Positions 9,654 to 17,984 of a DNA stretch of 27,923 nt are shown here, in pieces. The notes beneath the pieces were generated by a model. The model searched no databases, was not told the DNA's origin, and was given only the letters and a program-made list of their open reading frames with translations. Source of the stretch: a virus (Duplodnaviria; Caudoviricetes); the IMG/VR virus record IMGVR_UViG_3300028925_011437, positions 1-27,923 of that record; one strand, given 5' to 3'. Numbering within the stretch: position 1 is the first letter of the stretch; each line of letters begins with the position of its first letter. Both the position numbers and the translations under genes were made by a program.

Positions 9654-10244
9654 TCATAGCAGGGTGGCATCCCACTCATAGCCAGACATCAGGCTTGAGT
9701 AATCGAAGTGCTTACCAAGGACATCCACAATGCTCACTTGGTCTGGCTCAAATTCCAGCACCTCTCCGGGGGGATGACTGTAATAGCAAATGCTATTAAT
9801 GGTGATCTTATTAAGTGCGAAGTCCCTGCCCGTTGTCGTCAGCCTCCATAGGCCGGACGATCTTTTCTTTGGGTCTGGGCTCTTTGGGCTCTTTTCAATC
9901 AGCCCCCAGTACCGAAGCTTCGCATAGTCACCACCACCATTGATGGCCCCCGAGGTGGGTATGTGAACGTACTCCCCCTCCTCGCTGCGAACTGCCATCC
10001 AGATTAGCACTCGCGCATACGATCCAATCTTGTAGGCGTACACCTTGCTATTGGCACCGCAATGATGGCACTTGGAGATCGGCTCGTTAGACATTCTTCG
10101 CAAGCGATCTAGATCAGAAAAATATTCCTTGGTATCAAAAAGATCCTGAAAGAACTCATCTTCTTGACGATGTGCATTGAACATGGATAACTGGCTTGGA
10201 CAGTTCTCAGCCTGAGTGATCCATTCTTCTTTCTTGTCCATCAT
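9654..10244 (-). CDS. Hypothetical phage protein (CxxC; possible winged-helix C-terminal half)
   Basis: CHHC, 'DYAKLRYWGLIE....SGLWRLTTTGRDF'. GAGGAGG RBS before ATG 10244/10241. Confidence 0.6.
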   Translation of the reverse strand: MMDKKEEWITQAENCPSQLSMFNAHRQEDEFFQDLFDTKEYFSDLDRLRRMSNEPISKCHHCGANSKVYAYKIGSYARVLIWMAVRSEEGEYVHIPTSGAINGGGDYAKLRYWGLIEKSPKSPDPKKRSSGLWRLTTTGRDFALNKITINSICYYSHPPGEVLEFEPDQVSIVDVLGKHFDYSSLMSGYEWDATLL

Positions 10245-10323
10245 TCCTCCTCTCATTAAAGAATCCTGGAGGGTTGAGCGATGTGGATTGCACCGCCAAC
10301 CCCCCTCCAGGTCCACTACTTAA

Positions 10324-10533
10324 TCACATCCACCATCTTGGATCTGCCTGAGGTGATGGGACCCCATCCTCCTCATCTACCTCGTCCGTGGCTTGCACGT
10401 AAGTTTCTATCGCCCTGTTTATATACCGTGTGATGCTGAGATTTTCTTTATCAGCATATGATTTGGCCTTATCAAACAGGTCGTGTGAAAGCCTGAGCAG
10501 AAACTGCTTCCTACCAGGGGAGCCCTTCATCAT
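10324..10533 (-). CDS. Ribbon-helix-helix (Arc/HicB-like) regulator
   Basis: 'KQFLLRLSHDLFDKAKSYADKENLSITRYINRAIE' beta-alpha-alpha pattern. Confidence 0.7.
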   Translation of the reverse strand: MMKGSPGRKQFLLRLSHDLFDKAKSYADKENLSITRYINRAIETYVQATDEVDEEDGVPSPQADPRWWM

Positions 10534-10825
10534 CTCCCTTATCCTCAGAGGTGCTAGTGCTTTTCGGCTCCTCTGCGGGCATGTCCTTAACGCGCTCCAG
10601 TTCCAGCCGGAAGAACTTATAATCCAACCCAGCTTTACTTGTGCGATTCCACATAGCGGCCCTCAGGACAGGCATGGTACCCGTCTTGGCCCTGTCCACC
10701 ATCGCTTTCAGAAACTCTCTGGTGAACTCTATCTTGCCCACCTCTGAAGGGTGGCGATCAGTCTTCGCGTACTTGTTCTGGAAAACTGCAAAGTCCAGCT
10801 TCGGCTCGTCATCGTAATCAGACAT
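10511..10825 (-). CDS. Putative single-stranded DNA-binding protein (small beta fold, acidic tail)
   Basis: 'VFQNKYAKTDRHP..GKI', 'AAMWNRTSKAG', acidic C-terminus ending in LPW. Adjacent to Sak. Confidence 0.55.
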   Translation of the reverse strand: MSDYDDEPKLDFAVFQNKYAKTDRHPSEVGKIEFTREFLKAMVDRAKTGTMPVLRAAMWNRTSKAGLDYKFFRLELERVKDMPAEEPKSTSTSEDKGDDEGLPW

Positions 10826-11597
10826 CGTGCTTCTCCTCTTTTGCGTCGTGAAGTTTGAATGCGCTCTCTGCTAGGGCTAGGATCTCTTTTTTCAGCCTGA
10901 CCAAGGCTTCGCCGTCACGGCCCTTGATCGCGTCCGTGATCTGCTTCTTCGCAGCGTTGTCGGCAGGTGTCCAACCCCGGTTGTGTAGGTCGGTTACTGT
11001 TTTCTTGAGGTTCGTGATCGCTTCGTCTATTGACGCCTCTTCATAGGTGATGGCCTCCCCTGCGTCCTTCTTCGGTGATTTCTTTGGAACCTCATGCTTC
11101 GGTGCCGCCTTGAAGCGATCATTGGTAGCCTTGGGCTTCGGCTTCTTTGGGGCTACCTCGACAGGTGCAGCACCCCTTGGAAGATCTTCACCGGCATATA
11201 CATATCCACCCAACCCGAGAATCCCAAAGCATTTTGTGAGGCACCGTTGCTTTGAATCAGATATGGCACGGCTGTCGGGATTCGCAATTGCCTTGTTCTT
11301 GTAGTCCATCACAGGCAACCACATCTCTCGCTTCACATCGTCGCCAATGGTCACGGAACAGCAGACGGATGCGGTGCCACCGGGGTAGGTTGTGATATCC
11401 CTTGTCACACCGCCTTCATCTGTCATGCCATGCCACTTGACGACTAGCTGTGGATAGTGGTCCATCATAATCGACCACGCCCAAGCCCAACTCAGATAAG
11501 TTAAGCCTCCCTTATCTTCGGTGTGTTCGTTGACGTTGATACCAGACAGCGTGTCCCAAACTTCCTTAGCTGTTGGATTCTTTTTTACTGTTGCCAC
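10818..11597 (-). CDS. sak: Sak / DUF1071 Rad52-like single-strand annealing protein
   Basis: 'INVNEHTEDKGGLTYLSWAWAW', 'MWLPVMDYKNKAI', 'QRCLTK..G..GLG.YVYAGEDLP'. GTG start with GAGGAG RBS. Confidence 0.85.
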   Translation of the reverse strand: MATVKKNPTAKEVWDTLSGINVNEHTEDKGGLTYLSWAWAWSIMMDHYPQLVVKWHGMTDEGGVTRDITTYPGGTASVCCSVTIGDDVKREMWLPVMDYKNKAIANPDSRAISDSKQRCLTKCFGILGLGGYVYAGEDLPRGAAPVEVAPKKPKPKATNDRFKAAPKHEVPKKSPKKDAGEAITYEEASIDEAITNLKKTVTDLHNRGWTPADNAAKKQITDAIKGRDGEALVRLKKEILALAESAFKLHDAKEEKHDV

Positions 11598-12300
11598 GGC
11601 TATCTCCTCTCCATTGTGGGCAGAAATCACTTACAGGACACCAACCTTCACATCTAATGAACTTTGTTCCAGCATCATTCATCCAACGTTCCCCATCTGT
11701 ACATGGAGTAGTTTGCTCCTTCGTGTGGATGGCTACCCGTTGGGATACAAACCTTTCTCGTCTTTCCGATGACCAGAGTGGAACTGGAATCGAAACAATC
11801 GGGCTGTCTGGATAATAATTTTTACTCGCCCTGCTCCTCGTCCAGTCCCGACATACTGCAACGATAGTTAAACGACTTACTTCGGTTCCGTTTTTTCCCA
11901 GAAGCCAGGCGTACAAATTGAGCTGTGCTTCCCAGTCAGGCTTGAGAGATTTGGTTGCGGTATAAACAGACGTAACCTTGTAGTCGGTAACGTGCCCATC
12001 TTTTACTAAGTCCACGGCACCAGAGATTATCACGCCCTCATGTTCAGAGAACAGTCTCTGCTCCACCGTACCGTCGCCGTGACCCTCTAATACGGCATGG
12101 ACGCCGGATCCCAGAAGTTTCCACACCTCATCACGAACGTCGGAGGTCAGGAGGCTTTCGTTCTCCTTCCACAAACGAGTGATTTGCGGGGGCTGAAGTA
12201 GCCCTGTCACGCTGAAGTCAGCTTCTCCCTTGTCATAGGGGTCAGCTTCAATGGCCCTTATGAAGACATCTGGTGCCCCGTATTGGTTTGTAAGGTTCAC
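11566..12300 (-). CDS. PD-(D/E)XK exonuclease (Cas4-like/RecB family)
   Basis: 'G..VHAVLE', 'EQR', 'ISGAVD', 'DYK', 'QLNLY', C-terminal Cys cluster (C..WC....FC). Confidence 0.8.
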   Translation of the reverse strand: MNLTNQYGAPDVFIRAIEADPYDKGEADFSVTGLLQPPQITRLWKENESLLTSDVRDEVWKLLGSGVHAVLEGHGDGTVEQRLFSEHEGVIISGAVDLVKDGHVTDYKVTSVYTATKSLKPDWEAQLNLYAWLLGKNGTEVSRLTIVAVCRDWTRSRASKNYYPDSPIVSIPVPLWSSERRERFVSQRVAIHTKEQTTPCTDGERWMNDAGTKFIRCEGWCPVSDFCPQWRGDSRGNSKKESNS

Positions 12301-12569
12301 TCAGTCCTCCAAACACCTATCTTTCTGTCATCGCTGACAAAGCGACAAGTGAATTTCTTATTGAGCTTCTTGCCATAACGAAAGGCTGCTGATCGTAGCC
12401 GATTTTCTATCGTCCTACGCCCGTCATCTGCCCCGTCTGTCTCTGCATCAACCACAAAAGATTCCCCAACATCTAGGTCATCAAAGGGATAATCCAAAGA
12501 CCCGAGGCTCATCTTACTAGGCATCGGCCTGTCATCACGAATGTCAAAGTCGCTCACCTCACCCTCCAT
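12297..12569 (-). CDS. Small phage DNA-binding-like protein ('YPF..L.VGESF' family)
   Basis: 'YPFDDLDVGESFVV...LRSAA...KKFTCR....IGVWR'. Confidence 0.65.
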   Translation of the reverse strand: MEGEVSDFDIRDDRPMPSKMSLGSLDYPFDDLDVGESFVVDAETDGADDGRRTIENRLRSAAFRYGKKLNKKFTCRFVSDDRKIGVWRTE

Positions 12570-12820
12570 ATTCCAATTCCATAATCAGTTTTGCGAACAG
12601 TAAATCTCCTGTTCGTTCTGCGAGATACACGATAGACGTAACTTCTAATTGAACTGATCAACCCATCTACTCCCTCCTTGGTCATTGGCATTTCGATAAG
12701 ATCTCCTACTGCCACGCTCTCAAGCGGCAAGTCTCCCCACTTGCGGCGTGGGCCAGGATTTACGGGAGGCGGAACGCCTACTCCCTCATAAACCCTGTAC
12801 CTCCTAGGTTCTTCTTGCAC
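12554..12820 (-). CDS. Paralogue of the adjacent small DNA-binding-like protein
   Basis: 'LPLESVAVGD...IRSY...RRFTVRK...IGIWRV'. GTG 12820 has a GGAGG RBS (the track start at 12856 has none). Confidence 0.6.
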   Translation of the reverse strand: MQEEPRRYRVYEGVGVPPPVNPGPRRKWGDLPLESVAVGDLIEMPMTKEGVDGLISSIRSYVYRVSRRTNRRFTVRKTDYGIGIWRVR

Positions 12821-12843
12821 CCTGAACCTCCAAGTGTTATCGT
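12815..12843 (+). promoter_or_regulatory. Putative sigma70 promoter for rusA-primase
   Basis: TTGCAC-17 bp-TATCGT with a TG extension. Confidence 0.4.
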
Positions 12844-12867
12844 CTGAGGTGCCCAACGTCGAGAGAA

Positions 12868-12896
12868 ATGATAATCAACCGCCGAGAGAAACGCAA
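12868..12896 (-). promoter_or_regulatory. Putative sigma70 promoter for the recombination operon
   Basis: Minus strand TTGCGT-17 bp-TATCAT. Confidence 0.4.
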
Positions 12897-13326
12897 CAGC
12901 ATTGACAACGATCCGTGTATAATTACTATACTTGGCGAGCCAGCCTCCAAAGCTAACTCCCGTCGGCTCGTTTACATTGGTGGACAACCTAGATTCATCA
13001 AGTCAAAGAAAGCTCTTTTGTATTCTAAAGCTTTTGATTTACAGTGCCCAGTTAGAAAGAATTTGTTTGAAGAAGACTTGAGTATAGCTATAAAGATTTA
13101 TTATAAAACTAGAAGACCTGATCTAGATGAATCTTTAATACTAGATCTTCTAGAAGGTAAGGTGTATAAGAACGACAGAAGTATAAAAGCTAAGTATGTT
13201 GAACATGGATTAGATAAAGAAGAACCTCATTCAGTGATTGTTATTAGTAGTCTGGGTAATAAAGACTTGGTTAGAAAGACCTTATTAACTCTAGTAGAGG
13301 AAGAGGAGGATGTTAAATGCAAGTAG
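12868..13326 (+). CDS. rusA: RusA-like Holliday junction resolvase
   Basis: 'GEPASKANSR', 'RRPDLD...ILDLL....YKNDR', 'DKEEP'. Confidence 0.8.
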   Translation: MIINRREKRNSIDNDPCIITILGEPASKANSRRLVYIGGQPRFIKSKKALLYSKAFDLQCPVRKNLFEEDLSIAIKIYYKTRRPDLDESLILDLLEGKVYKNDRSIKAKYVEHGLDKEEPHSVIVISSLGNKDLVRKTLLTLVEEEEDVKCK

Positions 13327-15092
13327 CGGATCAAGTTCGTAGTGTAGTTTCTGGTCTTGGTAATGGACAACACAAGAAACAATGTCCAGAGTGTCAAGGT
13401 GATAGGTCTGGTAAGAATCGAAAGGATCGTCCTCTGTCCGTTAGGATAGATACCACAGGGGTTAAGTACACGTGTCATCATTGTGGAATTGAGGGTGGCT
13501 GGGACCACAACAGCGATTTTGATTTCGATTTATCCACCGCACCGCCCAACAACTACATCTTTCCGAAGGGGGAAGTTTTCCCCGTCAACGTTGATCTTGA
13601 ATCTACCAATAGCGTTGCCTTTGATTACCTGAGGTCTAGGCATATAACCGATGAGGTTATCAAGAGTCATGCGATACTTGGTACCTATCGCTTCAACGGT
13701 AAGGTCGTTCCAGCAGTCGGGTTCCCTTACAGGGATGGCAGTGTTGTTAACGCTGTGAAGTGGAGATCTGCCGACAAAGAGAAGCGGTTCAGTCAAGAAA
13801 ATATATGTGAAGATTTTTTCAATTTGGATTCGTATGTCGAGGGCAATGATGTTCTGATCTGTGAAGGCGAGATTGATGCGCTCGCTTGGATAAGCGCCGA
13901 CCTTCCAGACAACGTGACCGTTCTCTCTATCCCCAACGGCGCACCTGCCAAGGTTCGGGACGGAAAGATTGATCCGAAAGATGACAACAAGTTTCGGTAT
14001 ATCTGGCGAGCCAAGAGACAGTTGGATTCTGCGCCAAGGATTATCCTGAACACCGACCTTGATGATCCCGGAAAGGCTCTCCAAGAAGAGATCATTCGCA
14101 GGGTAGGTAGCACGAAGATTTGGACGATAGATCTTGGTGGCCACAAGGATGCATCGGAAGCCATAGATGCCAAGGGTGCGGTGTACCTTGAGCAACAGTT
14201 GGAATACTGTGAGCGGATCCCGACCATTGGGTTGCATGGCGTAGAAGAATTTGTCGATTCGTTTGTAGATCTGTATGACAATGGCCAGATGAAGGGGGCC
14301 TCTACTGGCTTGGCCTCACTAGATAAGTACATACAAATCCCCTTGGGTATGCTTACGGTAGTCACAGGCTTTCCCGGCAGCGGAAAGTCAGATCTCGTTG
14401 ACCAGATCTGCATCAACCTGGCCAAATCACATAACTGGAAAACGGTTTACTGTTCTTTTGAGAAGCCACCTGAGCTACACATGGCTCAACTGGCACAGAA
14501 GATTTGCAACCGCCCGTTCTTCGACGGCCCGTCCACTCGCATGAGTAAGGAAGAACGTGACTACTCTGCTGACTGGATCAAAGAAAACTTCATGTTCATG
14601 GACAGTCGGCGTGACAGTCCGAACGACATCAAGGGCATCCTCGCCACTGCTAGTGCAGCAGTAATGAGAATGGGTTGCAGGATCTTAGTGATAGATCCTT
14701 ACAACCATATAAAGCTCAACCATGGTGTGCGTGAAACTGATGCTATTTCGGAGATGCTAACTACCGTACAGCAATTCGCCCGTGACCATGCGTGTCATGT
14801 ATTCTTTGTGGCACACCCTACGAAGCTCCCTCCGGATCGTCGTGGCAATTCCAAAGTAGTTGTGACCGGACATGATGTGGCTGGTTCTGCCGCATGGTTC
14901 GCGAAGGCCGACATCGGTATGACTGTGTGGCGTCACCCGCGAGATGAAGATCCTCCCGAAGCCCACATTTGGAAAACCAGATGGTCTTGGATGGGCAAGA
15001 ACGGTGTCTGTCCCCTGCACTTTGATCCCATCACCGGACGTTGGCAAGACTTCAGCCCTGCGATGGATGATTATGATTGGGAGTTTGAGTAA
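13317..15092 (+). CDS. Primase-helicase, T7 gp4/Twinkle-like (Zn finger + TOPRIM + SF4 helicase)
   Basis: CPEC/CHHC Zn finger; 'ICEGEIDALA', 'TDLDDPG', 'KDASE' (TOPRIM); Walker A GFPGSGKS; Walker B LVIDPYN; 'VAHPTK'. Confidence 0.92.
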   Translation: MQVADQVRSVVSGLGNGQHKKQCPECQGDRSGKNRKDRPLSVRIDTTGVKYTCHHCGIEGGWDHNSDFDFDLSTAPPNNYIFPKGEVFPVNVDLESTNSVAFDYLRSRHITDEVIKSHAILGTYRFNGKVVPAVGFPYRDGSVVNAVKWRSADKEKRFSQENICEDFFNLDSYVEGNDVLICEGEIDALAWISADLPDNVTVLSIPNGAPAKVRDGKIDPKDDNKFRYIWRAKRQLDSAPRIILNTDLDDPGKALQEEIIRRVGSTKIWTIDLGGHKDASEAIDAKGAVYLEQQLEYCERIPTIGLHGVEEFVDSFVDLYDNGQMKGASTGLASLDKYIQIPLGMLTVVTGFPGSGKSDLVDQICINLAKSHNWKTVYCSFEKPPELHMAQLAQKICNRPFFDGPSTRMSKEERDYSADWIKENFMFMDSRRDSPNDIKGILATASAAVMRMGCRILVIDPYNHIKLNHGVRETDAISEMLTTVQQFARDHACHVFFVAHPTKLPPDRRGNSKVVVTGHDVAGSAAWFAKADIGMTVWRHPRDEDPPEAHIWKTRWSWMGKNGVCPLHFDPITGRWQDFSPAMDDYDWEFE

Positions 15093-15270
15093 TGGGGTTG
15101 GCACAAGTGCCTGACCAAACTAGCAGGACGTAGATCACCCAAGCTCCGATCCAACAAGCTCGAATAGCATCCCAAGACGTTGAGGGAATTGAGCGAATGT
15201 AACTTAAAATTAATCTAGACATGAGATGTAGTTGTTGACGAGAGGAGGCGTTAGGAATACATTTTATCAT
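15052..15270 (-). CDS. Possible small hydrophobic protein (72 aa)
   Basis: GAGGAGG RBS before ATG 15270 and a hydrophobic stretch (CWIGAWVIYVLLVW). Overlaps the helicase 3' end, so may be spurious. Confidence 0.3.
   Translation of the reverse strand: MIKCIPNASSRQQLHLMSRLILSYIRSIPSTSWDAIRACWIGAWVIYVLLVWSGTCANPITQTPNHNHPSQG
15235..15263 (+). promoter_or_regulatory. Putative sigma70 promoter with no downstream ORF
   Basis: TTGACG-17 bp-TACATT. Confidence 0.55.
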
Positions 15271-15367
15271 GTTACAAGGGCCTCCTCTCTTGTGATTGTG
15301 ATGTGGGTTGATAGGGTCAGCCGCCGTCAGTGAGTCTCCCAGACTTCTCACTGACGGCGGTTTCTTT
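15270..15367 (+). ncRNA. Candidate small RNA with anti-SD loop
   Basis: Bounded by the promoter and a terminator. 5' hairpin ACAAGGG-[CCTCCT]-CTCTTGT. Confidence 0.45.
15321..15367 (+). terminator. Rho-independent terminator
   Basis: 14-bp perfect stem CCGCCGTCAGTGAG/CTCACTGACGGCGG followed by TTTCTTT, between convergent operons. Confidence 0.8.
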
Positions 15368-15572
15368 ATAGGCCCAGTCCCTCGCCCTCGTATGGATCCT
15401 TGCTGTTCATGGCGTTGTTGATCCGGCGTGGCAGAACAACCGTCTCGTTGCACGTATCGCAACACCGGCCATCGTTTACCGGCTGTGCGTTGTGGCCTGT
15501 GGTCCAATAGGCTTCCCCTGTTGCTTCGTTCTTATGCTCATTAATAGGACCATGGCAAATGGAGCAGTTCAT
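15366..15572 (-). CDS. Small Cys-rich phage protein
   Basis: CSIC...GHNAQPV..GRCCDTCN..VV.P.R; GGAGG RBS. Confidence 0.75.
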   Translation of the reverse strand: MNCSICHGPINEHKNEATGEAYWTTGHNAQPVNDGRCCDTCNETVVLPRRINNAMNSKDPYEGEGLGL

Positions 15573-15856
15573 AATTCCTCCGAATGTGATTTAATTAATG
15601 GGACTAAAAATCCTGGCGTCTTGTCACCATGCCAGCCACCTAATTGGTTGTACTCGTAGTACTCAACGGCATCTTCATACGTGTCGCATCCATAGTAAAT
15701 CAGTTTCTGAATGACCTTCTCCTTGTCATAGATGACTATGGGTTCCATTCCGAATCGCTCTAGGATTCCCACGACGCAATCGTTGTAGCCGTCCATCGTT
15801 AATGGTTCGTCTACTCCAATGTCAGACAGTTGATCGTAGAGTTGTAGAGTTGTCAT
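15569..15856 (-). CDS. Hypothetical phage protein
   Basis: 'DGYNDCVVG...IYDKEKVI...EDAVEYYEYN..GGW.G..TP' looks like a recurrent phage family. ATG 15856 is coupled to the upstream stop. Confidence 0.7.
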   Translation of the reverse strand: MTTLQLYDQLSDIGVDEPLTMDGYNDCVVGILERFGMEPIVIYDKEKVIQKLIYYGCDTYEDAVEYYEYNQLGGWHGDKTPGFLVPLIKSHSEEL

Positions 15857-16194
15857 GGCGTTCCGATCCATCTCGTCAGAAACTTTCGTGCCTGAGTATA
15901 AAAATACTTTGCTGCCTGCCGGGTGAGGGTGGCGATTGCCATCCAGAGGTTGGCTATCGCCATCCAATCGAACAAAGGGGGCGGCGGTATCCTACGGTCG
16001 CGACATTCCACCTCGGCCAATGGTCCGTTGATCATGGCGGGTGAGTCCCAGATATCCATGACCGCATCGCATTTGTTGCGGCATCCGTATAGCTCAAGGG
16101 CTCCCGACTTGGTGATAAGGGCTACGTCATGTCCCTGCTTTCGCGCACGTTTCAGTGCCTTATCCCTCATGCGCCTCGCTTCACTGGTTCTCAT
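15853..16194 (-). CDS. Hypothetical protein
   Basis: GGAGGGAG RBS; tiles the operon. Confidence 0.6.
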   Translation of the reverse strand: MRTSEARRMRDKALKRARKQGHDVALITKSGALELYGCRNKCDAVMDIWDSPAMINGPLAEVECRDRRIPPPPLFDWMAIANLWMAIATLTRQAAKYFYTQARKFLTRWIGTP

Positions 16195-16207
16195 TTAACT
16201 CCCTCCA

Positions 16208-16570
16208 TTAGTTAGCCTGTTCGGCGTAAGCTTCTTCTTCTTCCACTTCTTCGATTAGATGTCGAGAGATCTCCCGCCAATCAACCGCTCGCAACGCCCC
16301 GGTTAATAGATCCAGATACATGCCGTCAACAGCGTTTGCTATGGGAATATCTGGTGCCCATTCCTCGAATTGCTCACGAAGAATACGAGACAAGCGGCCC
16401 TGCGCCCGCCCATGCCAGCCCAACTGTACCTCGGAATTGTGCTTTGCGGCATCAACCTCTTCGCGAGCCATGGTTGTGATGTACTCATAAAGCTTTGGAT
16501 CATTGGTTATCCATATATTAACTATCCAAGTGTCCCAGTTTGCCCATCCGTTATAAGTATCGTCTGACAT
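16208..16570 (-). CDS. Hypothetical phage early protein ('YNGW.N..TW' family)
   Basis: N-terminal YNGWANWDTWIVNIW and C-terminal VDWREI; strong RBS. Confidence 0.75.
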   Translation of the reverse strand: MSDDTYNGWANWDTWIVNIWITNDPKLYEYITTMAREEVDAAKHNSEVQLGWHGRAQGRLSRILREQFEEWAPDIPIANAVDGMYLDLLTGALRAVDWREISRHLIEEVEEEEAYAEQAN

Positions 16571-16602
16571 GTTGCTACTCCCCCCTCCTGGTGATAGTGG
16601 AA

Positions 16603-17904
16603 TTAAATTTGAACTACTTTACCAAACAGTTCGGCCTTAGAACCGTAGCTTCCGCAACTTGGTGCCCTGCCAGTTGTAACCCATAGCACTGAATATCCCG
16701 GCTTCCTATCTCGGACACTGCCGTAGCCATCCGTGAAGTAGACGAGGCCACCGACATCTTCATTATTCTTTTCTATGTAATCGAATATCGGATCGAAGGA
16801 TGTTCCTCCCCCTCCGTAGATATCTAGCTCCATGGCATCTGCCCCTCCTCCATTCTTCAGATCCATGTCATACCAAGGCTCATCCGTTTCTGGATTTGTG
16901 TGTATCGAACTGTCTACATAGGCCACCCGGATCTTGGTTAGCCCCAGTTCTTTGGCCCACCTCACTAGATTCTTCCGGCATTTTTCAAAATCATCTCGGC
17001 CCATAGATGCTGATGAATCAATGCAAGCATAGAGTGTGTGCGGAGTTTTTATCTTGCTTGGTAAATATATTTTTTTGTGCAAGAACCGTCTGTTCGGACG
17101 CTTGTAACTGCGGACATGAGAGAAGTTCTTCTTCAGGAAATGTCGGATGTGTTCTGACGATGTAGTCTTGCCAGTTGATGTGAAAATCTTATCAAACATC
17201 CCGCCCTTGCCTTGACCTATCTGTCTCTCAAGCATGGCGGCTTCCGCCACACGTTCATTAATATCTTTTTCTTCTTCTTCCATCGCGGCCTTGGCTTCTT
17301 CAGAGTCTCCCTCGAAACGCTCGGGAACTAGAATCTCACCGCATCCATTGTTAGTGGGCTCACCTTGTCCTGCGCCACCGCCCCCTCCACTACCACCCTG
17401 CTTGGGCTTGGGCTTCCATCCTTTCTTTAGCATGTCGTTGCATATCTTTTCGACAGGCCATCCGCATGTGGAGTAGTAGTCGTGCCATAAAAGATCATCC
17501 GGTAATGTAAAGTCTATACCGTAGTTCGGGCTGTTCTTTATGGCACCGTTGATGGAATAGTCAGCAGCGATATTCCACAATTCACAGGCGTCATCCTTGG
17601 AAAGAAGACAACGTTCCATCCATTTGGCGAGACGTATGTGATGCTTCTGCCCGATGTGAACAGATTCGTGGATTAAAATTCCACGGGTGTTGAGATCATT
17701 TGTGGAATCCGCGTAGGATAGATTGACCAGAACGTCTTTTCCATCAGTAGCGAATGTTGCGATCTTGTCACTTACTACGATGGGCAAGAAGCCCATTAGT
17801 GAATGTGTCCCCGGCGCAACTCCGAACAGCTTGGCTCGCTGTTTCTTAACACGCCGGATGACGCGCTCCTCATCAGTGAGTTGCTTGGATTGATTTCCGT
17901 ACAT
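16603..17904 (-). CDS. DUF2201-type metallopeptidase + VWA domain protein
   Basis: 'TFATDG', HESVH....H, 'WNIAADYSIN', Gly-rich linker, MIDAS DSSAS, 'GGGTSF', 'YFTDGY'. ATG 17904 with GGAGG RBS. Confidence 0.85.
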   Translation of the reverse strand: MYGNQSKQLTDEERVIRRVKKQRAKLFGVAPGTHSLMGFLPIVVSDKIATFATDGKDVLVNLSYADSTNDLNTRGILIHESVHIGQKHHIRLAKWMERCLLSKDDACELWNIAADYSINGAIKNSPNYGIDFTLPDDLLWHDYYSTCGWPVEKICNDMLKKGWKPKPKQGGSGGGGGAGQGEPTNNGCGEILVPERFEGDSEEAKAAMEEEEKDINERVAEAAMLERQIGQGKGGMFDKIFTSTGKTTSSEHIRHFLKKNFSHVRSYKRPNRRFLHKKIYLPSKIKTPHTLYACIDSSASMGRDDFEKCRKNLVRWAKELGLTKIRVAYVDSSIHTNPETDEPWYDMDLKNGGGADAMELDIYGGGGTSFDPIFDYIEKNNEDVGGLVYFTDGYGSVRDRKPGYSVLWVTTGRAPSCGSYGSKAELFGKVVQI

Positions 17905-17984
17905 ATCTCCTCCCCTTTTTGTGTACCAGCACCTGCACAATACCTAAGTTAATTTTATTAATAGGGCTGCCTGGCGCGTCACGG

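Noticed and set aside
10256-10322. tRNA-sized structured intergenic region
   Set aside because: A single hairpin with no cloverleaf and no TTC T-loop.
11566-12300. Cas4 as evidence of CRISPR-Cas
   Set aside because: It sits next to Sak and SSB, which is the ordinary phage recombination nuclease context.
12902-12923. Perfect TTGACA and TATAAT hexamers
   Set aside because: Only 10 bp apart and inside the rusA coding region, so not a canonical pair.
13530-14425. Long antisense ORFs (also 24099-24779 +, 19624-20106 + and others)
   Set aside because: They shadow well-supported genes on the opposite strand and have no recognisable motifs.
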